Assembly (NCBI GenBank): GCA_041649115.1
Contig: JBAZNT010000009.1
Coordinates: 10,501 to 74,500 of the forward strand
Length of the DNA: 64,000 nt
Direction: 5' to 3'
DNA from: Candidatus Omnitrophota bacterium
Lineage (GTDB): Bacteria; Omnitrophota; Gorgyraeia; Gygaellales; Profunditerraquicolaceae
Part shown: positions 35,907-44,296 of the stretch, in pieces
How the letters are laid out: each line of letters begins with the position of its first letter
Numbering within the stretch: position 1 is the first letter of the stretch
The notes under the pieces: generated by a model
What the model was told of the DNA's origin: nothing
The model's database searches: none
The model's input: the letters and a program-made list of their open reading frames with translations, nothing else
Translations under genes and position numbers: made by a program

Positions 35907-36457
35907 GCAGATTTTGAAAGAACCTTATTTACTTCGCTGGCAATCTTCTCGACCTCTGCAAGGCAACCGTTGCCTTCTCTGCCGCAAGCCAACCTCCCCC
36001 GGCGCGGCCCGACTACCTTAAAGCCCAGGCTTTTTAATTTGGCGATGTTGGCCTGCGTAATTTTATTGGCATACATGTCCTCGTTCATCGCCGGGCAGAT
36101 CAAAACCGGCGCGCGTGTCGCCAGAATAATGCAGGTCAGGAGGTCGTCAGCTATGCCGCAGGCAATCTTGGCAATGATGTTGGCTGTCGCCGGAGCTACC
36201 AGCACCATAGCGGCCTTCTCTGCTAACGCTACATGCTCTACCTGCCAGGGGCCGGGGCGCTCAAACATACCGTAATAAGCCCTGTTGCCCGAGAGGCTCT
36301 CAAATATCAACGGGTTCATCAACTTCCGCGCCTCTTCGGTGAGAACCGCCGTAACCGCAAACCCGTTTTCTCCGAGACGCCTGGTAATGTCGCAGGCCTT
36401 ATAAATCGCGATGCTGGCAGTAACCCCCAGAACGATTTCTTTTTTATTCTCTGGCAT
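35897..36457 (-). CDS. coaC: Stand-alone phosphopantothenoylcysteine decarboxylase flavoprotein (CoaC half only)
   Basis: IVLGVTASIAIYKA, VLVAPATANIIAK, PAMNEDM. 186 aa with no CoaB domain. The 3' end overlaps the tRNA-Cys 5' end by 10 nt. Confidence 0.85.
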   Translation of the reverse strand: MPENKKEIVLGVTASIAIYKACDITRRLGENGFAVTAVLTEEARKLMNPLIFESLSGNRAYYGMFERPGPWQVEHVALAEKAAMVLVAPATANIIAKIACGIADDLLTCIILATRAPVLICPAMNEDMYANKITQANIAKLKSLGFKVVGPRRGRLACGREGNGCLAEVEKIASEVNKVLSKSAAT

Positions 36458-36460
36458 GCG

Positions 36461-36661
36461 CTAATCCTTGGGCTTCTTGTATCGCACCTTGTTTTCGGCA
36501 ATTTCCGCCAGGGCAACGGTAGAGGGCTTGATGTTAGCATCGAGGTTAACTAAACGCGGTTGTCCCTCGGCAATCTCAAGCGCCCTCTTAGAAGCCATAA
36601 TTACCAATTTGTAAACGGAGTTGTCACTCTTATCCAAAATGTCCTGGATGCCTTGCGCCAT
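36461..36661 (-). CDS. rpoZ: DNA-directed RNA polymerase omega subunit
   Basis: NSVYKLVIMASKRALEI motif. gmk-rpoZ synteny. Confidence 0.85.
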   Translation of the reverse strand: MAQGIQDILDKSDNSVYKLVIMASKRALEIAEGQPRLVNLDANIKPSTVALAEIAENKVRYKKPKD

Positions 36662-36678
36662 TAATCTCTTTACCTCCC

Positions 36679-37266
36679 CTATGCCTTATAGCCGATTTTT
36701 TCTAAAATTATCCCCTTTAACGCCATTAGTGCCTGATTTAGGTTTTTATTCTCCACCCGATAATCGTACTTGTGCGCCAGTCGCATCTCTCTGTCGGCTA
36801 ATCCTAAGCGCTGGCGGATTTCCTTCTCTTTGGTGTGGCGGCAACGCTCCCTGATGCGTGAACGCAGCGCCTCCAGAGAAGGAGGCAGGATAAAGACCGT
36901 TACGGTATTGCGCGGCAAGATACGCCTGAGCCGCAATGCCCCTTTAAAATCGAGGCAGAGTATAACATGCTTGCCCCTCTTGAATTGCTCATCGACAAAC
37001 TCGCGGGGCGTGCCGTAATAATACCTTAAATACCTGGTCCATTCAAGGATTTTCTTGGCGCGCAGCAGCTGCCGAAACCTGCTTTCGCTGATAAAAAAAT
37101 AGTCCTTTGCCTGTCTCTCCCCGGACCTCTTGGGCCTGGTAGTAAATGATACGGACCTGGTAAGTCTGGTCCTAAGCCGCCTGTCCCTGATTAGCCTCTC
37201 TACAAGGGTACTCTTGCCAGATCCCGAAGGTCCGGAAACCACAAAGACAAACCCTTGCCTCATCAT
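36679..37266 (-). CDS. gmk: Guanylate kinase
   Basis: P-loop SGPSGSGKSTL, then TTRPKRSGE..DYFF. Confidence 0.92.
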   Translation of the reverse strand: MMRQGFVFVVSGPSGSGKSTLVERLIRDRRLRTRLTRSVSFTTRPKRSGERQAKDYFFISESRFRQLLRAKKILEWTRYLRYYYGTPREFVDEQFKRGKHVILCLDFKGALRLRRILPRNTVTVFILPPSLEALRSRIRERCRHTKEKEIRQRLGLADREMRLAHKYDYRVENKNLNQALMALKGIILEKIGYKA

Positions 37267-38090
37267 TCTACGTTCTGTAGCTGCTCCCGTATCTTCTCTA
37301 CCTGGCTTTTAATCTGGACCGCCTTCTGTGAAATAATCTTATCGCAGGATTTAGCCCCCATGGTGTTGGCTTCGCGCTGCATCTCTTGGGAGATAAAATC
37401 CAGTTCTTTGCCTATCGAGCCGTTTTTGGCAATCTTGGATTTAAAGCTGCTGACGTGAAAGGCGAGCCGCTCGATCTCCTCTGCAATATCACTATCCCTC
37501 AAAAAGCTGCTGCGTTCCTCGTCGGATGGCAAACGCTCGAGCCTCCTCTTGACTGCCTTCTTGAAATGCGCCCTTATGCTGTCCAGGTAACCCGATACCG
37601 TCGTGGCGCGATTTTTTAAATGGCGATATAACGCTGCCCCTTCTCTCCGTCGCATTGCGCTCATATTATCTAGACTGGCAGCCAAAAGGACGCGCAGGTG
37701 CGGCCAAATCTTCTCATAGGAAAGCGGACTCTCTTCCAGCCCCAGGACACCCGGCAGCTGAATGAGGCTTTCCAGGCTTATATTGTTTTTCAAGCGGAAC
37801 TTCTTTTTTATCTCTGCGAGCGCCAGAAGGTAATTTCCCAAGAGCTTTTTGTTAATAACCACGCTGTTGGCGCGCGCGCCGCTGATGCTGACAACGCAGG
37901 TAATCCTGCCTCTCTTGACACGGGATTCAATCTCTTTCTTGACCCTCTCCTCCAGGGAAAGAAACCCCTCCGGCAGGTGTAGCACAATATCCAGAAATTT
38001 ATGATTTATGCTGCGCAACTCTACCTGGATCTTGCCAAAAGGCTCTACCCGCGCCTCGCGTCTGCCAAAACCGGTCATGCTTTTTATCAT
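37263..38090 (-). CDS. yicC: YicC-family protein
   Basis: MIKSMTGFG start, C-terminal DFISQEMQREANTMGAKS and REQLQNVE. Confidence 0.88.
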   Translation of the reverse strand: MIKSMTGFGRREARVEPFGKIQVELRSINHKFLDIVLHLPEGFLSLEERVKKEIESRVKRGRITCVVSISGARANSVVINKKLLGNYLLALAEIKKKFRLKNNISLESLIQLPGVLGLEESPLSYEKIWPHLRVLLAASLDNMSAMRRREGAALYRHLKNRATTVSGYLDSIRAHFKKAVKRRLERLPSDEERSSFLRDSDIAEEIERLAFHVSSFKSKIAKNGSIGKELDFISQEMQREANTMGAKSCDKIISQKAVQIKSQVEKIREQLQNVE

Positions 38091-38105
38091 TATCGTCGCC
38101 CCCTG

Positions 38106-38612
38106 TTATGCCCAGACCCTAACTTTTTTTGTCTCTTCAAGGGCCTCCTTAGTCGGGTACAAATCTACGATTATCTCCTCCGGCTTAAACCAGAGTTTTA
38201 TCTCGCGCTCTGCCTCCGATTCGCTAGAAGACACATGAATGACATTTTCATAGACGCCCTTGGTGGTAATCCTCCCGTAGGAACCGCGGATAGAAGTGGG
38301 GTCGGCCTCTTCGGGGTTGGTAGCTCCGGCGAGCTCCCGGCACTTGGTGATAGCGCCATCCCCCCAATAAATCAACGCCATAATCTTGCGCCGGTTATGC
38401 AGTTCTCCGCAAAAATAACGGACCAGCTCTTGGAAAAACGGCTTATCCTTAAGGTGCCGGTAATGCTCTTCAGCTAATTTATTAGAAACCTTGGTAATCC
38501 TGGCCGCAATGATCTCCAGCTTCGTCTCTGAAAGCCGTGTCAGGATATTGCCCGTCAACGATTTCTTCAGGCCGTCTGGCTTGATGAGAATTAAGGTTGC
38601 CTGATTACTCAT
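38106..38612 (-). CDS. ndk: Nucleoside diphosphate kinase (divergent, extended C-terminus)
   Basis: TLILIKPDG, and active-site His in NVIHVSSS (canonical NxxHGSD), then REIKLWF. Confidence 0.8.
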   Translation of the reverse strand: MSNQATLILIKPDGLKKSLTGNILTRLSETKLEIIAARITKVSNKLAEEHYRHLKDKPFFQELVRYFCGELHNRRKIMALIYWGDGAITKCRELAGATNPEEADPTSIRGSYGRITTKGVYENVIHVSSSESEAEREIKLWFKPEEIIVDLYPTKEALEETKKVRVWA

Positions 38613-39472
38613 ATGGCGCCGCCTCCTCTAATGCAATTGACAATCCTTTCCAGGTCTTGCTGGGAATAGAATTCTATCGAAATAGTGCCGCGCTTTTTTC
38701 TTTTGCTTACCCTGACCTTGGTGGCCAAAAGTTGCTGCAGCTGTTCTTCAGCCACCACCACATAGGTTTCGCGGCCAGCCTGCGGCCGCATGCGCATCCT
38801 GGAGCCTTTCGGGCGATGTCTGCGGATTATCGCCTCCAGCTCTCTTACTGATAACCCCTTGGCAAGAATCTCATGCGCCAGGCGGCGCTGCTGGTTAGAG
38901 TCTTCCAATTCAAGTAGCGCCCTGCCATGTGCAAAAGAAATTTCCCCTTTCTTGATTTTATCCTGAATCTCTTGTGGTAACTTTAATATTCTCAATAGGT
39001 TAGCAACGGAAGCCCTCGCCCTGCCCAGTATTTGGCTTATCTTCTCCTGGGTCATATCAAACTTGTCCATGAGGTACTGGTATGCGCGAGCCTCTTCAAT
39101 AGGATTGAGGTTCTGGCGCTGTATATTTTCAATCAATGATAGTTCGAGGGAGTCGTGGTCTGCAACATCTTTAACGATAACGGGGAGCTCTTTCAAATCT
39201 AACGCACTGGCAGCCCGAAACCTTCTTTCTCCCGCAATAAGTTCGAATTGCTCCCCCTGCCTGCGCACAAGGAGCGGCTGCAAAACGCCTTTCTCCTTGA
39301 TGGACTGCATCAATTCCTCTAACCCTTGAGCGTCAAAGTCTTCGCGGGGCTGCCAGGGATTGGGTTTGATTTTTTTGATGTCAACCAAAAGAACGTCGGC
39401 TTTTTTATCCTCAGCCCCTCTCTCCGGTATTAACGCCCCTATCCCTTTGCCTAATGCCTTCTTCTCCATCAT
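38609..39472 (-). CDS. parB: Chromosome partitioning protein ParB
   Basis: LGKGIGALI, ELMQSIKEKGVLQPLLVR, ELIAGERRFRA, HTH QEKISQILGRARASVANLLR. Confidence 0.93.
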   Translation of the reverse strand: MMEKKALGKGIGALIPERGAEDKKADVLLVDIKKIKPNPWQPREDFDAQGLEELMQSIKEKGVLQPLLVRRQGEQFELIAGERRFRAASALDLKELPVIVKDVADHDSLELSLIENIQRQNLNPIEEARAYQYLMDKFDMTQEKISQILGRARASVANLLRILKLPQEIQDKIKKGEISFAHGRALLELEDSNQQRRLAHEILAKGLSVRELEAIIRRHRPKGSRMRMRPQAGRETYVVVAEEQLQQLLATKVRVSKRKKRGTISIEFYSQQDLERIVNCIRGGGAI

Positions 39473-40284
39473 GCCTTCTCCTCCGGAACATCCTGAGCAA
39501 TCTCAATGCTTTCTTTATGTAGCGGCGCCAGGCCTAAAATCTCTCTGCTTAAATCCTCGTATTTCTGGGCCCCAAGAGAGTTTTTATCGTATAAAGCAAT
39601 GGGCTTCCCAAAGCTGGGAGCTTCTGTGATACGGATATTGCGAGGGATAACCGTATCATAAACCTTTTCATTGAAATAATTTCTTACTTCCTTGATTACT
39701 TCCCGCGTCAAATTAGTCCGAAAATCCGCCATAGTTAATAAGACTCCTTCGATTTCTAAGGAGGGGTTAAGGTTCTCTCTTACAAGCTTAACTGTATTAA
39801 TGAGTTGCGTCACTCCTTCCAAGGCATAATATTCACATTGAACAGGGATAAGCAAGGAATCCGCCGCACATAATGAATTAATGGTCAAAAGCCCTAGCGA
39901 AGGGGGAGAATCTATGATTATAAAATCAAGGTTTCCCTTTTCTTGTGTCAGGGCCCGTTTTAAACGGTATTCCCTGCCCATTACCCCTACTAGCTCTACT
40001 TCAGCTCCTGTCAAATCGAGATTGGAAGGCGCAAGATATAAATTTTGAATTGCTGTTTTTTGGAGAGTTTCTCTGATATCAAGCTCTTCTAATAAGACGT
40101 GGTAAGTACTTTTCTTGATATCGTGCTTATTGATACCTAATCCGCTGGTGGCATTTGCCTGGGGGTCAAGGTCAATGACTAATACTTTTTTTTCAGCTAA
40201 AGCCAAGTAACTGGCTAAGCTAATGGCAGTTGTAGTTTTGCCGGTACCACCTTTTTGGTTACAAACCGCAATAATCTTACCCAT
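39469..40284 (-). CDS. parA: Chromosome partitioning ATPase ParA/Soj
   Basis: Deviant Walker A CNQKGGTGKTTT. Start placed at MGKIIAV (40284). Confidence 0.93.
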   Translation of the reverse strand: MGKIIAVCNQKGGTGKTTTAISLASYLALAEKKVLVIDLDPQANATSGLGINKHDIKKSTYHVLLEELDIRETLQKTAIQNLYLAPSNLDLTGAEVELVGVMGREYRLKRALTQEKGNLDFIIIDSPPSLGLLTINSLCAADSLLIPVQCEYYALEGVTQLINTVKLVRENLNPSLEIEGVLLTMADFRTNLTREVIKEVRNYFNEKVYDTVIPRNIRITEAPSFGKPIALYDKNSLGAQKYEDLSREILGLAPLHKESIEIAQDVPEEKA

Positions 40285-40373
40285 TGAAAAATATGGAGTT
40301 ACAAAATGTTCCACGCGGAAACATTTATCTCGATCTATCGCTTATCTTTATTATCTTATAGGTTTTAAGGTTG

Positions 40374-40574
40374 TCAAGTCTTTTCTCTGGATTTGATTAC
40401 TGTTATGCGCACTTTGGCCAATTTAGCTCCTGACATTCCAAACAGCCCCTTTTCCTCTTCAGAGAGCACCTCTATCTTAAGTCTCTCCAGCGGCAGCCTT
40501 AATTCCTGGAGCGCTTTATCAATCGCTTCTTCTACTGTTTTTCCTTCGAACTCGCGGGTAATTTGAGGGGTCAT
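40374..40574 (-). CDS. Jag_N-only protein (N-terminal domain of Jag/KhpB without KH/R3H)
   Basis: EGKTVEEAIDKALQELRLPLERLKIEVLSEEEKGLFG matches the Jag N-terminal domain. The ORF is 66 aa and overlaps the yidC stop. Confidence 0.7.
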   Translation of the reverse strand: MTPQITREFEGKTVEEAIDKALQELRLPLERLKIEVLSEEEKGLFGMSGAKLAKVRITVIKSREKT

Positions 40575-42103
40575 TTTGGGCGATTAATCAACAATTGTTG
40601 CAGCATCATTAGAGAGCTATTCACAAACCAGTAAAGAACAAGACCCGATGGCATACGATAAAAAATGAAACCAAACATCACCGGGAAAAGAATAAGCATT
40701 AACTTCTGTTGCTCTGCGGAAGCGCTACTCATGCTTTTCGAAGAAATCTTCTGCTGCATAAACATCGCAACAGCCATTAAAATAGGTAAAATATTAATCT
40801 CATTTCCCAGAAAAGGAAGCTTATGAGATAATGTAATGAGCCTGTCTGGTTCTGATAAATCTTTAATCCATAGAAATTCTGCACCTTTTAAGGCTGCCGA
40901 ACGCATTAATACCTGGTACAGGGCGAAAAATATGGGTATTTGTAATATCATGGGCAAACAACCGCCAAAAGGATTAACTTTATATTTGCGATAAAGCTCC
41001 ATTATTTCCTTGTTTAATCTTTGGGGGTTATCTTTATAATTTGCCCTTAATTCCTCAATGCGAGGCTGCAATGCCTGCATTGCTTTCATCGAATGCATCT
41101 GCTTTAAAGTCAATGGGTAAAGAATAAGATAAATTAAAATGCTGAGCAATATAATTGAGAGGCCCCAATTATGCACAATAATATGAATTATGCCAAGTAA
41201 TTTCAAAAGGATACGGGCGATAAAATCAAAGACTCCGTAATAAATAACTCCTGACCATTGAGGATTGATGCTGTTTATCATATGTAACTCTTGCGGCCCC
41301 ATATAGATAAAAAATTTCTGCTTTATTTTTTCTCCGGAGATCAAAGAAAGTTCCGGAGAGTAGAGAATAGGCTGGGTTTCAGAGGAATTAAGTTTTGCCA
41401 GGGTTAAATTGTAAGAGGGGCTGGCTGGTTCCAAGATTTCGCAAAAATAACGCTCGCGCCAACCAATAAACTTTATATTTTCCCAGCTGGCGTCCTTGCG
41501 GGGATTAGGATGGAGAACGTCTCCGTTTAAAGCAACCGTAATATCCTGATAATTCGGCAGATTACCGTGTTTGGAAAAATCCAAAATTACGGGGATTAAT
41601 CCTATGGAGGTATTTAGGGCATCGCTACTTTTATTAATAATTTCTATCTCTAACTCTATGTAATAATTAGAGTTATTAAAAATGAACCGTTTGAGAATTT
41701 GCAAATCTTTACCATTATAAACAAAGGTGGCCTCTTTATCCGTGAGAGATTGATTTTTAAAGACAAACCGGGGATCAGCAAGGGCAAGTCCATATTTCAA
41801 AGGCACGCGGTGAGAACGGTAGTCCTTAAAAATTATTTCCTTAATTGCTGCGCGGGGCTCATCAAAATCAATTGCGAGCTTGTCCGTGGAAAAAGCAATG
41901 GTTTTGCCATTTTCACTAAAATTAACGGCGGGCGTTTCTGGTTGAACCCTTCTCGGTTTTGGCTCAGGGAGAGGCTGTTCTAAGGCGGCCTCTTTTTTTA
42001 TAACTTCTTTATTATCAATATGATAAGATTTTGAAGTCAGCGCAGACCAGGTTAATAAAACCAGTAATGACAAGGCAATAGCCAGAATCAATCTTTTTTC
42101 CAT
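40571..42103 (-). CDS. yidC: Membrane protein insertase YidC
   Basis: N-terminal TM, large periplasmic domain, conserved C-terminal core (NPFGGCLPMILQIPIFFALY, PSGLVLYWFVNS). Confidence 0.95.
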   Translation of the reverse strand: MEKRLILAIALSLLVLLTWSALTSKSYHIDNKEVIKKEAALEQPLPEPKPRRVQPETPAVNFSENGKTIAFSTDKLAIDFDEPRAAIKEIIFKDYRSHRVPLKYGLALADPRFVFKNQSLTDKEATFVYNGKDLQILKRFIFNNSNYYIELEIEIINKSSDALNTSIGLIPVILDFSKHGNLPNYQDITVALNGDVLHPNPRKDASWENIKFIGWRERYFCEILEPASPSYNLTLAKLNSSETQPILYSPELSLISGEKIKQKFFIYMGPQELHMINSINPQWSGVIYYGVFDFIARILLKLLGIIHIIVHNWGLSIILLSILIYLILYPLTLKQMHSMKAMQALQPRIEELRANYKDNPQRLNKEIMELYRKYKVNPFGGCLPMILQIPIFFALYQVLMRSAALKGAEFLWIKDLSEPDRLITLSHKLPFLGNEINILPILMAVAMFMQQKISSKSMSSASAEQQKLMLILFPVMFGFIFYRMPSGLVLYWFVNSSLMMLQQLLINRPK

Positions 42104-42111
42104 AGGTTTCC

Positions 42112-42327
42112 TTATGTTAAGGGGTCATACCATGATTTTCCGGAGTAGGGGTGGCAGTGCAATATCCTGAACATCCCTTTTAATAAACCGCGCAAGACGC
42201 CATACTTGCTAATGGCCTGGCAGGTATATTCTGAACAGCTCGGAGTAAAACGACAACAGCACGGCAGCCATATCCTCACATACCCCTGATAAAAACCAAT
42301 AAGGGCGATGGATATCTTCTTTAGCAT
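42112..42327 (-). CDS. yidD: Membrane protein insertion efficiency factor YidD
   Basis: CRFTPSCSEYTCQAISKYG and HPYSG motifs. Confidence 0.9.
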   Translation of the reverse strand: MLKKISIALIGFYQGYVRIWLPCCCRFTPSCSEYTCQAISKYGVLRGLLKGMFRILHCHPYSGKSWYDPLT

Positions 42328-42464
42328 TAAATGGTCAGTTTTTTTCTGCCCTTGCCACGCCGCCTGGCAAGCAGCTTCCTGCCGCTCCTGGTGGCCATTC
42401 TTTTCAAGAAGCCGTGACGGCGTTTACCGACGAGCTTTGTAGGGGTTTTTAGATGTTTTTTCAT
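42327..42464 (-). CDS. rpmH: 50S ribosomal protein L34 (45 aa; not in the ORF track)
   Basis: Hand translation gives [45 protein letters not shown]. The stop TAA overlaps the yidD ATG (TAATG). Confidence 0.92.
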   Translation of the reverse strand: MKKHLKTPTKLVGKRRHGFLKRMATRSGRKLLARRRGKGRKKLTI

Positions 42465-42658
42465 TTCCTTCTTTCTTTAAAACAAACCTTCTGCCTACAT
42501 GCCAACGGGGTTTCCCCGGGCTGCTTTTAATAATAGGTTTTAATTATAACATAAAGAAAGGCCAAGTCAATGCAAATTCTAAGAAGCAAACCCAGAGATG
42601 CAAAAGCGGTTTGTAAAAATTTCTGCAGGCCGCCAGAAACTCATATTTGTTATTTTTG

Positions 42659-42686
42659 TTGACGGCGTCCGGGAGTAGTGTATAAT
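42659..42686 (+). promoter_or_regulatory. Sigma70-like promoter upstream of dnaA (P1)
   Basis: TTGACG (42659-42664), 16-nt spacer, TATAAT (42681-42686). Confidence 0.5.
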
Positions 42687-42708
42687 AATTAACGCTTTGT
42701 TTTTTTTA

Positions 42709-42736
42709 TTGCAATGGTTTTAATCCCTGTTATAAT
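42709..42736 (+). promoter_or_regulatory. Second sigma70-like promoter upstream of dnaA (P2)
   Basis: TTGCAA (42709-42714), 16-nt spacer, TATAAT (42731-42736). Confidence 0.5.
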
Positions 42737-42737
42737 A

Positions 42738-42779
42738 CTTTCCACAGGTTTATACAATTTGTGGATAAGCTGTGGATAT
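42738..42779. promoter_or_regulatory. DnaA-box cluster (oriC / dnaA autoregulation)
   Basis: TGTGGATAA (42760-42768) is a perfect complement of TTATCCACA. TGTGGATAT (42771-42779) has one mismatch. TTTCCACA (42739-42746) is a near box. The gene-strand switch occurs here. Confidence 0.7.
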
Positions 42780-42824
42780 TGTGTAAATCCCGAACAACCC
42801 CTCGATAATTAATAGGAAAGCTGA

Positions 42825-44156
42825 ATGCTTGAGCTCTGGGACAAGGCTTGCGAACGCCTGAAAGATAGATTAGGTAAGGCCTCTTTTGAAAGCTGGATAT
42901 CCCCCTTAAAGGTTAAAGCCAAAGACAAACACTCCGTAATCCTGGAGGCGCCGGACCAGTTTTTTAAGGATTGGCTCAAGGAGCATTACGTTACGGTTAT
43001 CTCCGACGTTCTCAGCAGTATCGCAAAGAGCGAGATCTCGCTCGAGGTCGTAGTAAAAACGCCGGAGGCGGTGCCGGGCGAAAAGGGACACCTCAAGGAA
43101 ATCGACGTTTCTGTGTTAAAAGACCCCCGCAGCCCCCTGAATCTTAATCCGCGTTACACGTTTGAAAATTTTGTGGTGGGGCCTTCCAACCGTCATGCCC
43201 ACGCATACTGTCTGGCAGTAGCGCAGTCGCCCGCCAAAAATTATAATCCCCTTTTTATCTACGGAGGGGTGGGCCTAGGGAAAACCCACCTTATGCAGGC
43301 GATCTGCCATTTCGCAAAAGACAAAAACCCTGCAAAACTAAAAATATTCTATACTACCTCTGAGCGTTTTACCAACGAGCTCATCGACGCCATCCAGCAC
43401 CACTCTACTAACGCCTTCAGACAAAAATACCGCAACGTGGACATCCTGGTTATCGACGACATTCATTTCATAGCAGGCAAGGAGTCTACCCAGGAAGAAT
43501 TTTTTCACACCTTTAATGCCTTATACGACGCCCACAAACAGATCATCGTCTCCTCCGACCGGCCACCGAAAGAAATCTCTAACCTCCAGGATAGATTGAT
43601 ATCCCGTTTTAGCTGGGGGCTAACTACCGATATCCAGCCGCCGGATTTTGAGACAAGGGTAGCAATACTGAAGAAGAAAATTGAACGCGAGCCGGTAGCA
43701 ATCCCTGACGAGGTCATCTTTTTTATCGCACAACTCATCAAGACCAACATCAGAGAATTAGAGGGAGCCCTCATACGGACAATCGCATACTCTTTATTGG
43801 AAGAAAAGCCCATTACGCTAGATTTGACCAAAGAGGTTTTAAGAGACCTCCTGAAAGAACCTAAAAAATTAATCACTGTGGATTTTATCCAGCGTTGCGT
43901 AGCTGAAGAATTTGGGGTATCACTGCACGATTTCAAGGCTAACCGCCGGCATAAAAATATCGTCCTGCCGAGACAGATAGCTATGTACTTAAGCAGGGAG
44001 TTGACCGACCTTTCATTGCCTGAGATAGGCGATTTTTTCGGCGGCAAGGACCATACCACTGTTTTACATTCTTATAATAAAATTAGGGGGGAATTAAAAA
44101 TCAATCAAGGTATGGCAAATAGGATAGAAAGGATTATTCAGGTTATTCAACAATAA
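42825..44156 (+). CDS. dnaA: Chromosomal replication initiator protein DnaA
   Basis: Walker A GGVGLGKTHL, box VII, and the C-terminal DNA-binding helix GGKDHTTVLHSYNKI. Confidence 0.97.
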   Translation: MLELWDKACERLKDRLGKASFESWISPLKVKAKDKHSVILEAPDQFFKDWLKEHYVTVISDVLSSIAKSEISLEVVVKTPEAVPGEKGHLKEIDVSVLKDPRSPLNLNPRYTFENFVVGPSNRHAHAYCLAVAQSPAKNYNPLFIYGGVGLGKTHLMQAICHFAKDKNPAKLKIFYTTSERFTNELIDAIQHHSTNAFRQKYRNVDILVIDDIHFIAGKESTQEEFFHTFNALYDAHKQIIVSSDRPPKEISNLQDRLISRFSWGLTTDIQPPDFETRVAILKKKIEREPVAIPDEVIFFIAQLIKTNIRELEGALIRTIAYSLLEEKPITLDLTKEVLRDLLKEPKKLITVDFIQRCVAEEFGVSLHDFKANRRHKNIVLPRQIAMYLSRELTDLSLPEIGDFFGGKDHTTVLHSYNKIRGELKINQGMANRIERIIQVIQQ

Positions 44157-44296
44157 ATTCAATTGTTTTTAAGAAGATTTTATAAAGCCCAGGTTGTTTA
44201 TCTTGTTATGGTTACGTCGTTTTTAACATAAACCAAACAGTATTACTACTAATACTTTATAAATATTTAATATATTAATAATAAAAGGAGTTGGGG

